Below the pieces are notes generated by a model. It was not told the DNA's origin and searched no databases. It saw only the letters and a list, made by a program, of their open reading frames with translations. Shown here in pieces: positions 36,980 to 53,331 of a stretch of DNA of 64,000 nt. Numbering within the stretch: the stretch's first letter is position 1; each line of letters starts with the position of its first letter. The stretch is from Guillardia theta CCMP2712. Lineage: Eukaryota; Protista; Cryptophyta. The DNA lies in assembly GCF_000315625.1 (NCBI RefSeq), contig NW_005434589.1, forward strand, positions 279,004 to 343,003, in the 5' to 3' direction. A program made the translations under genes and the position numbers.

Positions 36980-38909
36980 AAGGAGCGAAGACAGGAGAAG
37001 TAAATCTTCGCTTTCCGCTAACGAGAAGGTCTCGGCGCTTTCATGAGCTTGCAGAGCGATGATGAGTCTCAGAATCAAACAAAATTCAAATACCTTCGAG
37101 GAGATATTTCATTAAACATTTTCAACCCAGTCTTCAATTTTCTTTCTCCATATGTTGTGTTTGGAATTCAAATCGTTTTCCTGATCCTCCCAGGAACTGA
37201 GGAAAGTCTTCGTACTTCACTAAGTTGTCCTGGCATGATTCGACAAACTGCAAAGGGTTTGGAACATGTCAAAACCATGCAAGGGCGAAGATCACTGATA
37301 TTTGCAAATGGACAACCTGCGAATAGTTGCAGTGACAGGATGGATCAAAGTCTGAGTCGAGGACGCTTGAGTCTTTGCTCCTCAAATTTTCACAAGGAAT
37401 CCTTGCTCGGCCAAACTATTCGAAACCTTTAAACAAGTTTCCCTAGAAGTGAGGTGTTCTCGCTTACCTTGTCCAAACTCCAACACAGAAAGCCACAAGC
37501 GGAGCAGAAAAACTTTCTGTAGGAGAGTTGATTGGTGTCCTTGTCTCTCCTTGGGAATGTTTGGTCATGATTAGATTAGACAGCGAGGTGATACCGGTAC
37601 TCCGTCAAACTTTCGTTTCCTTCTTTGCACACCACGTTTGCTGGATCCAAATACAAGACAAGCCCCACGCTGGCCTCCTGCAGTCTGTTAGTGTCGCAGG
37701 GCCAACGGCAGGCGCGGGACCTGATGCATCTCGCGACAGGTCTCGCAGTGGCAGCGGATCGCGTAGTCGGGAGGAGCCAAGAGAGTGACCTTGACAGACC
37801 CGCACGCGCACGAGAAGGGGCGTGGGAGGTTCTGACAGCGTCGGTTGGGTATCCGAGTCTCAGGCAGCTCGAGCGCAGCGAATCTGCAACGGGGAGTCAA
37901 GGATGAAAGGATCAGGACTGACGAGACCTGCTCGCCTGACCCCTCAAAACCTCCACGTTGTTGCTGCAGACGCCTGTTAATCATTCGACTTGTCGAATGG
38001 CTGGCCATCACCTTCTCTCACTTTTCGCTGCATTCACAAGGACAGGAACATTGATCTGTAAACAGCCAAGTCAGCTAGAGAAAGGATACTTGACGTCTTT
38101 TTACCCGTGTCGGTTCAGCGTTTTCGTCTGTCTTCACATAGAGACTCACAGCAGTGTACTCCTGGTTTCAAGAGAAGTCAACATGACGAACAGTACGATG
38201 TCAACAACCTCCTCAGTCAGCGAAAGCTCTCCTAGGACATTTTGTTCAAAGTTTACGTCTTCCCGCTCAGAAGCCTCATTCGCCAAATCTGGAACAGCCA
38301 ACTCCTCCACTGCAACTTTATTCAGTGCCACACGAATGAGAGTTGAGGAGAATTTACATGAGCTTGACTTCAAGGGAGGGGTCATAAGAAAGCTATCAAT
38401 GGTTGTTGTCTCTGTTGCATTTCGTGAGGACGCATCAGCATAGTAGACTCCGTAAGTCACCTTGGACGTCCTGAAAGAAATGTATTTCGCTCGAGCTTTT
38501 CTCCTTCCTGCGATTCATTTCTCCTCGCTCAATTATCTGAGTAAAGTATTCAAACGAAAGATCACATTTGCCTGAAAATCACCTCATCTGCAGAATTCGA
38601 AAGATCCAATCCATATTTTTCCTTGAGGGCATGATTGAGCAAGTTCTCGTTGCCGTAATATTTCAGGATCAATTTCGATGCGACTGAAACTTTCTCTGGG
38701 TTCACATGCGAGAAGAATAATTTCAACTGATTAGTGAGTTTCGATTCGTCGGCTGTCTTCTTTGCGCCACTTGGCGCTCCACCATGCCTGGAATATTGCG
38801 ATGAACTTTTTTCTGATGATATTGAACTCGGCCTGGATGAATTTGATATCCTAGCCATGACATCGGGGGACGGGGGTTGTGAGGAGAACATAGCAGTATC
38901 TGACAACAT
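36980..38909 (-). CDS. Multi-exon hypothetical protein with small helical 'FF..VNPEK...KY.G.E..L...L..KYG' module
   Basis: ORFs 38562..38909 and 38146..38460 plus downstream small exons; 3' end uncertain. Confidence 0.5.
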
Positions 38910-39379
38910 GGGTTAGATATTTTTCGTTTGTTCTGTGGATATCAATTGAACAATTTGAATGGTTAATCCTTGAACTGTGAATGGGATGAAGTTGCTCACG
39001 ACCCTTCCGCTGCAAATGCCTTTGGTATCACTCTCTGCTATCCCTGTCACTTTTCTCTGTCTTGTGTCAGTCGCCATGCTTGCCTTCCTCCCTCCTCCCC
39101 TATCAGACTTTCTCTGTCAACATCTGTCCCGTCCCTCTTCCTCTTCCTCCCCTCCCCTATCCTCAGTGCCCACTTCCCGAGTCGCTCCCTCCCTCTATGT
39201 GCAAGCATTGAAGCATCTGCTGCATAGATGCTCAGATGTCGTGAGAGAGAATCGACTGCATGTCGCTTGTGATGGCGTTGCTAGTGACTGATCGCAGTAG
39301 CGGGAGTAGCGTAACGGCATGCAAGCTCTACCGGCGAGAACTTATTATTGTCGTGAAACTATCAGCGGCTGTTGGTCAT

Positions 39380-39720
39380 CAGATTGGGTAGGGGGGGGTC
39401 ATAGTTAGGTACTAAAGTTGTTAACGAGCGCCCTAGCAGGTGGGGTAGAGGATTTTAGAATTGTTACATTAGTTGTAAGGGTGGGGTACCAATGAGGTCG
39501 GAGGAGGTCAAAGGTACGGGTCCCTAACGGTGGTAGGGCCGGTAGCGCTTTGGGGCGTAAAGCGCATTGGAGCGGGCCCGGGCCCAGCGACGTATGACGC
39601 TTGGCCGGACTCTCCGACTCGAGTCGCCGGACTCGGGAGGCCCGGGATGCCGGGCCCGGGGCCCGGCGTTCACTGAGTCCGATCCTCTCTCTGACTTGGG
39701 GTAGTCAAACCCTAGGGAAA
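39380..39720. repeat. G-skewed GGGT/GGGTAG tract followed by CCGGGCCCGG-rich palindromic words
   Basis: Reverse-complement counterpart in composition of the 405-1010 tract; lies between divergent genes. Confidence 0.5.
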
Positions 39721-39941
39721 AAAAAGGGGCAGTTGAGAGCTCTAAGAGGAGGAAAAGGGAAAGCGTTGGGAGGGATAGAGGAGGAGATGCGAGTCAGTAG
39801 AGTCACTGGCAGTCAAGTGCTACAGTACATTTGTGATAGCCTGAGAGTGAACTTGACGAAGAAGCATCTGCTTGGAGCTGGAGTCGGGTGTTGAAAGTGA
39901 TCTCTGCTAACAATTTTCAGACCTGGGCAGACGCGGGAATA

Positions 39942-45060
<5,119 letters not shown>

Positions 45061-45137
45061 ACTCGAGCGGTCGAGTCTTCTAGTGTGCTGAGGCGGGCTG
45101 TGCAGTTAAGCAGCAGCATCAGCTGCTGTAGTTGTTA

Positions 45138-48100
45138 TCAAACGTGTCTGGCAAAAGATGTTTGGAAGTTCGTTTGCCGTCCATCCAGGTGTGCGAGCCA
45201 GGGAGCGGAGCGAGTCGTTGTGACTCGGAAAGTCCAACCGCAGCCTACGCAAGGGAACCAGTGAGATGAAGCAGGGGGGAGGGAGAGGTGTATGAGATCA
45301 AGGAAGAGACAAGTGACAAGAGGTGAAGAGTTTGGCAGCATGAGGCAAGGACCTGTATCAGACGAAGAGCGTCTTGTCCAGGCATCACCTCTACCCTCAC
45401 CCAGGTGCTCTCGCGGGGACCCAGAGTGATGCACCTGCACGCGGGTCAGGAAGCGATCAGATCGCATGATAGCGGCACCCCATCATCGCGTCCTCGTCGG
45501 CCAACTTGTGCCTGAGGCTGAAGGATCGAACCATCTTTCCTTTGGCGCCTGAGTTGCTCATGACGTACTCCTGGAAGGTTGGGACGACCTTGAACTTGGA
45601 GACTGGCGTCACATCCATCCCGTGCAGATTCTTCGGCACGGTCTTGGTGGACGCGACCCCTTTCCCTCGCACCTGCAGCTTCGTCTTCACCGTCGCCCAG
45701 TGGATGTCGAAATGGTTGCTGAGGCGGCTGCGAGCGTGGGAGCCGAGCGTCACTTCGGTCGCGACTTGCCCCTTGTAGCTTCCATCCAACCCCCCGATGT
45801 CTATCAGCGTGATCAGCTTGCACCTTGCAGAGGAGTCGACATCGACGTCCATGACGTTCCTCCACCTCACAAGCATGATCTTCCTTCCTGTGTGATCTGT
45901 GATGGGCATAATTTCTTTGTCACGAAATATTGGCACGAAGATGACGTAAGGTTCTTGTTTTGGTCTTGAAATGTGCATTGAAGCCTGTACTTTGCCAAAG
46001 ATCGAAGTGCTCTTCCTCTCTCTCGAGTTGTCATCTTCGTAGAGATCAAATGTCTGCTCAGATCTTCGGTCAGATGCTGACAAGACACTTGCCAGGTTGA
46101 TGTTCGCTGTTCCTACACAGACAGTCTTTGAAGTATTGAAGACTTTACGATTATTCTGAATCAGACGAAAAATCAAAAACTTGTCGTTTTCGTAGTCAAA
46201 TCTTTGCTGCAAATCGACTCTTGCAGGCCATGCAGGCTGAAGAGCACGTATGACAGGAGAGCTGTAAATCACTTCGTCTTCTCTGCTGATGGTAAAAGAA
46301 TAGGAGTCCTCCTTAGAAACAGGGATCATCACCTTCACGTGACTGAATGTCGCGGAGAAGGAAAGTCTTTGTGTAGATCCAATCTCTTCAGGAGTGAATT
46401 TGTCGAACGGAGCACGGAATTTGACTCTGAAGATTCCTCTCTTCTGTTTGCGCAATTTGTCCTTCCACGTGTCATTTTCTGAACTTTTTGAATTGGGATC
46501 TGGACTCTCGAATTCTTGCTGAGCTTTCTTGATTCTAGCCTCAGCCACTTCGGTTAAAGTTTTGTACATAGAGGGAAACATGTTGAAAACTGTCCACACG
46601 TCATCTTGGTCAAGCTGAAGCAGCTCACATTTGGTCATCGCCTTGACGGTGGCGGTGCGTTTCTGATTTCCCATCAGAGCGACTTCACCGAAGAAAGTGC
46701 CAGTTGCAAGCTCTGCCACTCTTTTATCGTCGACAATCACTTCAGCTTTACCATTGTTGATAATGTACATGCAAGTTCCAATATCACCAGCCTGAATGAT
46801 TGTGTCCCCCTGTTCATAAATGATACTTTTCAACCTGGCTACAACCTGTGCTTGCGCACGTAATGGAGCTCCGATAAAGAGTTTCATGTTCCTAATCACA
46901 TTCACAACTTGTTGCCCCACCCCAGATATTTTCATGGCCTCTGCCATGGGATCGACGCTGTCATCTACGACATCCGGGAATTCTGATATTTGGTCCGGGA
47001 TCGGCTTATCAGATTCGTAGATTTCACGCCATTGGGCGACTCTTCGTCTTCTGTCCGTTGAATTCAATGCACTCAAAGGGTCCATGTTGCTTTCCATGGC
47101 GCTCGGATGGCTTTCTACGACGCACATTGCACCGATGTTTCTTTTCATGCTAGCGACTGCAGTTCGTTTTAAACTCATGTACATGTGGTTTCCAGAAGTT
47201 GGATATTCGTTGATCACATCCCACAGATCAGTGTTGGTCAACTCAAGCAGTTCACAATTCGTCAACGAGAAAATGTCTGCTGTCCGAGTTTCTGAAAGCA
47301 GCATCGCAACCTCTCCAAAATAGTCACCAGCATTCAATTTGGCGACGACTTTTCCGCTTATGGCAACGGCACACTGTCCGGAAACGATGAAATATACAGA
47401 AGTCCCTGGTGTTCCGGCCTCAACAATCCTCTCCTCAGTTTCATATGATACAAGTTTCAATCTTTGACACAATCTGAAAAAGAAATCATCTGAAATTTCT
47501 TCAAAAAGCTTGATTCTTCTTCCCTCTCTTAGGAATTGAGATATGACTGCTTTTCGTCTCAATTCTTCTGGAGAAATATTCTCTTGCTCATTTTGTGTGT
47601 TTGACTCTTGTGGATTACCTTGCTCTGACTCAGCTATTAATTTGGAATCTTTTTGCTTTGAGTCGGTCAGAGCAAGTCCAACAGATACTTCATCAGAACC
47701 AAAATCTTCCTTTTCAAGCTGAGCAAGTTGAAACATGCTTGTGAAAGATTTTTGATCTACAGTTTTGCTACCATCCGAGTTCTGAGTCTTGGAAAGTCTT
47801 TTAGGAGAAAACTCTTTCTCAGCACTGGAATTCAAATGATTCACATGATGCGCGTCGTCCATGTGATGAGCTGCATGATACTGAAATAACGAGCTTATCT
47901 GTTCTGCTGCCCTCTTCTCCGGAGATACAGAATCGTGTGGAGTTTCGCAGTCCAAGTAGGAACGGTCAATTTCACTTGCTTGCTCTATCGGTGATGAATG
48001 GGAGTCATCAGAGGCTTTGTCACTTTGAATTGAGCCCACATCCTCAAATTCGCCACTGCACACAACTCTTATACGAAACAAAGCAATTTGATTCAAACCT

Positions 48101-48919
48101 TTTCTGAGAGTGAGAAAACTCATCTCGTGGCAGTTTGAGCATGTTCTTTGCATTTTCTCCTACGATCTCAGTATTAGAAAGTACAGAAAAACATGCTGCA
48201 AGGATATACCCCCGTCCGATGGAAACAAACTGTAATCTATCTCAACCAAAACCTTTGCCTACATGGAAGATGAGCCGTTTGATTTGCCGATGCAATCATT
48301 TTACCTTTGGGGAAGCAAAAGATCGACGGACATGCACATCAAGCTCGTACCTTTTGGCATGCATTGGAAACCTGACATGTATGAGTACTTCTAACGCGGA
48401 TGTGGCATGGTCTCACGAGAGCTTAGCAACATTAATCACGGCCTGACCAATGCACAGAGACAAATTCCCATGTTCAGGTAGAGCCCCACTATCCCACAAC
48501 GAAATTTCTATCATGGCATTTTCTTTGCCGTCCTGGACACTGAGGTCAGGATGAAAAACAAATAGACTGCAAGCATTTACTACCATGTCCCATTCACAGA
48601 CTTGATTCCATAAGGGATTAGAAGTTTCAAGCTCAACAGCGCTACCTGTAGCACAACGTTGGAATAGCAATATTCAAGAATGGTAAATTTACGGAAGATT
48701 GAACGTGTGTATTCATCTTCATCCCTCTCCTGATAAATTCCACTGTTCTTGGAGAACAATCGAACCAAACAGGATGCATTGCACTATTGCAATCAACTTA
48801 CAAATGGAGTTTCGAAATATGAGTTTTACCGGAGCATTTGAGGATCGGTAAAGATTCTTTGCTTCTCTCACTATGAGACGCAATCTCGTCGTTCCCTTGT
48901 TGATACCTTCTCTCGCCAT
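45138..48919 (-). CDS. C2-domain + tandem cyclic-nucleotide-binding-domain protein
   Basis: N-terminal C2 (LRLIVREAKNL...TSNPLWNQ...IEISLWD...IGQAVINV). Two cNMP domains (YFIVSG...GDYFGEVAML...RTADI; YIINNGKAEV...FFGEVALM...RTATVKA). A second C2-like segment (LQPAW...FRLIQ...CVGTANINL). No kinase or TM domain seen. Confidence 0.85.
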
Positions 48920-49274
48920 CAGGTGGTTATGGGATAATTGATGTCAAGCCTCTTCCATTCTGTATCACGGCCAGAAAGAGAACTGAAATCAAATCGAATT
49001 TGATTCCTGCAAATAGCATCATGTCAGATCAAATCTGTATAAGCTTAGGTCAGGATATGCGCTTTGCAATGACATGGCAAAAGGTGACGTCAAATATCAT
49101 CCTGCATTCCAAAGGTCTGCAACACCCTAGAAACTGTAAAGAACGATCTAGCCGAGTATGACGTCATATCATGACATTGAAATGCGATGAACAGCCGGTC
49201 AGGCATACAGCACTGCATGACAGAGGCAGCAAAAGCAGCCGCGCCATTTGCAAGTCTGCAGCTCAATGCAATAT

Positions 49275-49690
49275 GAGGGTACCAGTCTGTAGGTGGTGGT
49301 TAGGGGGGGGTGGTGCATTGGAGTGGGGTGACAAGGTCAGACATGCTCCCTGGCTGAGATACTCGCAATGGGAACCACTGAAGAGTAGGGTAGTCGAAGG
49401 GGAAAGACAGGGTCCTTAGCTCCTGAGGGTCCCGAGGGTCCCCAAGTCAGATATTTCTTCTTGCGGGGAGGAGGGGACGGTAGTAACTAACTGGAGTAGG
49501 GTGGGGTCCGTGAACCCCATGTAGCAGGGTATGACCGGGGTGGTTGAAGGTGATTCCGAAGGTCCGGCTTGGTGGGTACTCGGATCGCGAAGGAGTTACC
49601 TGCTAGCAAGGGGTGGGTGAAATCAGTTTGAACGGGGGGTGTAGGTAAAGTTTAAAGCCTGAGGAACGGGGGTGGGGGGGTGGGTGGGTC
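49275..49690. repeat. G-skewed GGGT-rich intergenic tract
   Basis: About 19 GGGT words in ~415 bp, upstream of the cNMP gene start. Confidence 0.6.
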
Positions 49691-49788
49691 ATATGATCTG
49701 TCTCCTGCTAAAATACAAAGATGTGAAGCGTTGCTCTTTTACTACTTTCGGATCCTTCGACGTTAGCACGAGACGTTCGCTGAAGGAA

Positions 49789-51601
49789 TGCTGACCTGAT
49801 TGCTGACAGATCTGATGATCAATAGACGAAAGCATACCATTTGAAAGCCTTTAATAATTAAACCCATATCACACCGAGTTGAAACCAAGTATTTTCGAAT
49901 AAAATAATTTTACACTTGCGGGAAGTAATGGAGTACTCTGGGGGAAAACCATTTGCCTCCCATCCCCACATCCCCCTCAAGTTGAGTGACTTGAGGATCA
50001 GTTGAGTGATTGTTTTAGTAGGCGTAACAGACTCGACTTGTGTCAACTTGTCTTGTTTCCTTCTCCTCGTGATCACAAGCAGCTTCTTGGTTCGTGGTAC
50101 ACCCGCGGCGTATCAGAAGATGTACATCGAAATATTTGAAGCTGTCTGCTCGTCTTGACCTTCGTTCGTGCAATCCAGGAAAAAGCGGATTTCGGCCTCT
50201 GGTCAACATTTAAGTATGAGCAGCAGTAAGCAGACACAAGACTGAGGCGACGGTGAATTCGAGCTGAAAACTGACTTGAATGTATGATGACACCTACCTT
50301 GCGTGGCACACACAGGGCAAGGACAGACCACCTTAGCAGCTGTTGATTCTTTTATAGTCGAGGGGAACCACCAGGGTTGATGAAGCTCCTCACGTCTTCG
50401 AGTTTAGCCGTTAGAGCCCTGTCGCACCCCGAAGCTTTACGGGCTGCAGACGTCTACAGCGAATGCTCAAGGATCACGATTTGGATCAGCTCAAGGAGAA
50501 GGTGATAGAAACTTTGCAGATATAATAAGATTTGTTTTACGAATCAGAAAGAATCAGCCAATTGTCGTTAGCCCCTCTCAGGCCATACTCCCTGGGCGAC
50601 CTTGACTCGCTCAGGCCCTAATCCTGTACACAGCACAATCAACAAGTGTAACAAGCTTTGCTTTTCCTTCATGCAGAAGTAGTGCATTCTGAAGTATGAC
50701 AGTGTCATAATCATTGGCTAGGAGAGTGGCAGAAGCTTTCTGATTTCATTCGAAAAATTACTCTCGCCTCTACTCCGTACGAGCTTCTTTCCTCTTACTC
50801 CCAGCTGGTGAACAAGACCACAAACGCCGGACGAATGTGATCTGGAGCCGGCGGCAGAGTTGGGCTTACCAACGACCCATCTAGAGTAGCCGGTGCTCGT
50901 CGCTCTCCTCGAAGAGGAGCCTTTGCCGCCATATATCACATTACCGGATATGTCCGATCATGATGGCGCATGATATTTCATCAGAGTTGAGGTCACGGTC
51001 CGATCGCCAGGTGAGCAGGTCATTCAAAGGCCAGGCTGCTTCACTCGAACTTCCGAATGACTCTCACTCACCGTCTCACACTCACCACCGGGCCTCCTCG
51101 TGAGCTATAAGCCTGACGGCAGCGAAGAGCTTTAAACCTTGGGCTAGGCGGCAAGCTCATCTCCTTGTCCCTTAGCAAGGCTTTCAATTACGCGACTGTC
51201 GGAGCTGACAAAAAGCCCTCATCCTATGGCACCGGCACCGTGAACATCAGGGTCCGACACCCCGTGCCGAGCGACACCATGTCGGCGTACTTTGATATTC
51301 TGTTCCCAGCTGCCCAGTTCCAGAAGGCCAACCAGGTTGCCAGTGAAGGACATGTCGTCAACCTCGATATTTGTAATCTCGGAGAGCTTCTTTGACTGAG
51401 AGTTGAACGTCAAGTAGGCTGTGGTCTGGGCACTGTCCACCTTGATCTTGATTCTACTTCGTTCTTTATTCAGTGGCAAGACGAGATCGCATCGTTCGAG
51501 TCCAGTTGCAGGGAATGCAGGCTTTTTTTTTTCTCCTTTGGTACGAATGACCATAATCTGATTACCGGAGCCCGTCGTGTAGGTGTTGAATCAGTCCAGC
51601 A
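49789..51601 (-). mobile_element. Candidate ~1.8-kb 3' LTR of a minus-strand Copia element
   Basis: On the minus strand a purine tract GGGTGGGGGAGGA (51614-51602) is followed immediately by TGCTGGACTGATT. The other end reads TGCTGACCTGATT on + at 49789 (11/13 inverted match). TATA-like CTATAAAAG on minus at 50357-50349. The partner LTR is not in the window. Confidence 0.45.
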
Positions 51602-51721
51602 TCCTCCCCCACCCTAGCATGGTACCAAAAATACCCCCCCCCCCGGGGGCAAGAAATATACGGGCGGCATTTAACAAATTAACTGTATATATTTAAAGAG
51701 AAGGTTGATTGAACTATAGAA

Positions 51722-52435
51722 ATGAATCTCGAGTTGCCTCCACTTGAATCAAACCTCAACGACATCTACAGAGAGTTTAGGCGTGAAAATAATCCTTCCA
51801 TTGAGATGCAACAACTCGTGCAAGAAACATTTCTATTTCTTGCATCAGTGTATGAGAAAAAGAAAACCTCGCGCGGCCCTGACCTGCAATCTGTGATTCG
51901 GACTATAGACAATTTACTGAGAAAATTGATTAATTTATTTTCAAATCAACATATGTCTTTTGGCGAACTTTCAAAAAATGGCATTGATTTCCAAGGAATT
52001 TATGAGAATGCTAATCGAATAAAAGAGATCGGAACAACAGACGAGTTGAAGTTTCTTGCGAACAAGCTAACAGATCAACTCAGAATATTTGCTGACCTGC
52101 AAGAAAGGCTTGATAAATTGCAGAGGGATGAAAATGAAGCCAGAAAGCATGAGCAATGGGAGGAAGCTACGAGAAGGGAAAGAAGAAAGCAAGAGGAAAA
52201 AATTCAACAATTCAATGATATGATGGTAGATCCAAATTTGAAAGATGAATTCAAGTCGCATGTAATGAGCATAACGCATTTCCTTATGAATGAGATTAGA
52301 CAAGACCGATCAATTGACGTATATTTAAATGTTTTGAATAGTCTTAAACATTATGTCAATATTAAGGTAGCGAATCCTTCGATCGGGAGGCTTCGGCTTT
52401 GTTACAGATGTTTGAGATTAAAAAGTTCAAGTTGA
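51722..52435 (+). CDS. Intronless AT-rich orphan ORF (237 aa, helical/coiled-coil)
   Basis: Uninterrupted ATG..TGA ORF, visibly more AT-rich than host genes, TATA-like TATATATTTAAA just upstream; no recognisable domain. Confidence 0.6.
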   Translation: MNLELPPLESNLNDIYREFRRENNPSIEMQQLVQETFLFLASVYEKKKTSRGPDLQSVIRTIDNLLRKLINLFSNQHMSFGELSKNGIDFQGIYENANRIKEIGTTDELKFLANKLTDQLRIFADLQERLDKLQRDENEARKHEQWEEATRRERRKQEEKIQQFNDMMVDPNLKDEFKSHVMSITHFLMNEIRQDRSIDVYLNVLNSLKHYVNIKVANPSIGRLRLCYRCLRLKSSS

Positions 52436-52473
52436 AATCAAATTTATTGAGAGTATGGTTGCATGAGTTTTAT

Positions 52474-52799
52474 TCAAACTGTGAATAACTTTTCAAGCAA
52501 CTCATCAGAAACAGTGGTATGCCACGGACACATATATTTATAGTTGTTTCGGATCTTTCGCATGTGATGACGAGGGGAAAGAAGAAGGATCTTGAGAAAC
52601 TTGTTGGTCATTGAGTGATTAACTTGTCGAAGTTGTGTCGCCCATTGATAGGTGATGTCGATTGCGTCAACAAACTGCTTCCATTGAGTTCGGGAGAGGC
52701 GTTTTTTGTTGTATAAGCAGCCGCGATAGCGTGCTGTGGCGTTTTGAATGATTGCCGCAAAGAGCAGAGGAGTGTTTTGACGTTGTTTGGCTTGGAAGG
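52474..52799 (-). pseudogene. 3' half of an ORF interrupted by the Copia insertion
   Basis: FQAKQRQNTPLLF...ELLEKLFTV* is in frame with ...FANIQSA from 60256-60633 once the element is removed. Confidence 0.65.
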
Positions 52800-53189
52800 T
52801 GATGTTGCACCCGCATGACGTTACGTCAGTAACGGACATGGCAGCATCATGCGAGTAGTCGCAAGAGGCTACGTACGCTGGCGAGGTGTATAATGCTAGA
52901 ATCGAAGATGTGTACTGGACGTAGACGTACGTACAACACATTGGTATGATGAAAGCATGAGGCTGGTATAAACCGATACACATGTTTACTCATTGCTGTA
53001 TTACGGGTTAAGCCTGACCTCGACATATAAGCAACCCATCTTAGACGTTGGCCACGGTCATCGGAATGGGATTGCACGAACATTGACGTGTGTTCTCTTA
53101 CTGCTGTACATAAACAAATCTAGCTTCATTGTTCATCTGTTCTACTCCTAAGTGCACTATCGCTCAGTTGCTGGACTATACCCGCATCA
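52800..53189 (+). repeat. 5' LTR (390 bp)
   Basis: TGATG...CATCA termini; identical to 59880-60254 over the shared length except one 1-nt indel. Confidence 0.95.
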
Positions 53190-53331
53190 GGTTATAAAAG
53201 CCTCGCGTTAAAGGAACAGATGTCGCCATACCGTCTACAATGGCCGCGTCCTGAGGCTGATTGAATCAATCAGCCTCAGGACTCGATGATTACAGCAGTA
53301 CCCAGATATCGAGAACTTTATACAGTTCGAG

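Noticed and set aside
51219-51554. Viral penton/minor capsid-like ORF
   Set aside because: Short, no diagnostic motif, neighbouring frames interrupted, and it lies inside the candidate LTR
49800-52800. Complete endogenous virophage/Polinton-like virus
   Set aside because: No capsid, packaging ATPase, protein-primed polymerase or long terminal inverted repeats are recognisable; only one AT-rich orphan ORF, which is reported separately
52800-52983. Duplicated ORF start MCIGLYQPHAFIIPMCC (also 59842-60063)
   Set aside because: Antisense reading of the two LTR copies, not a gene duplication
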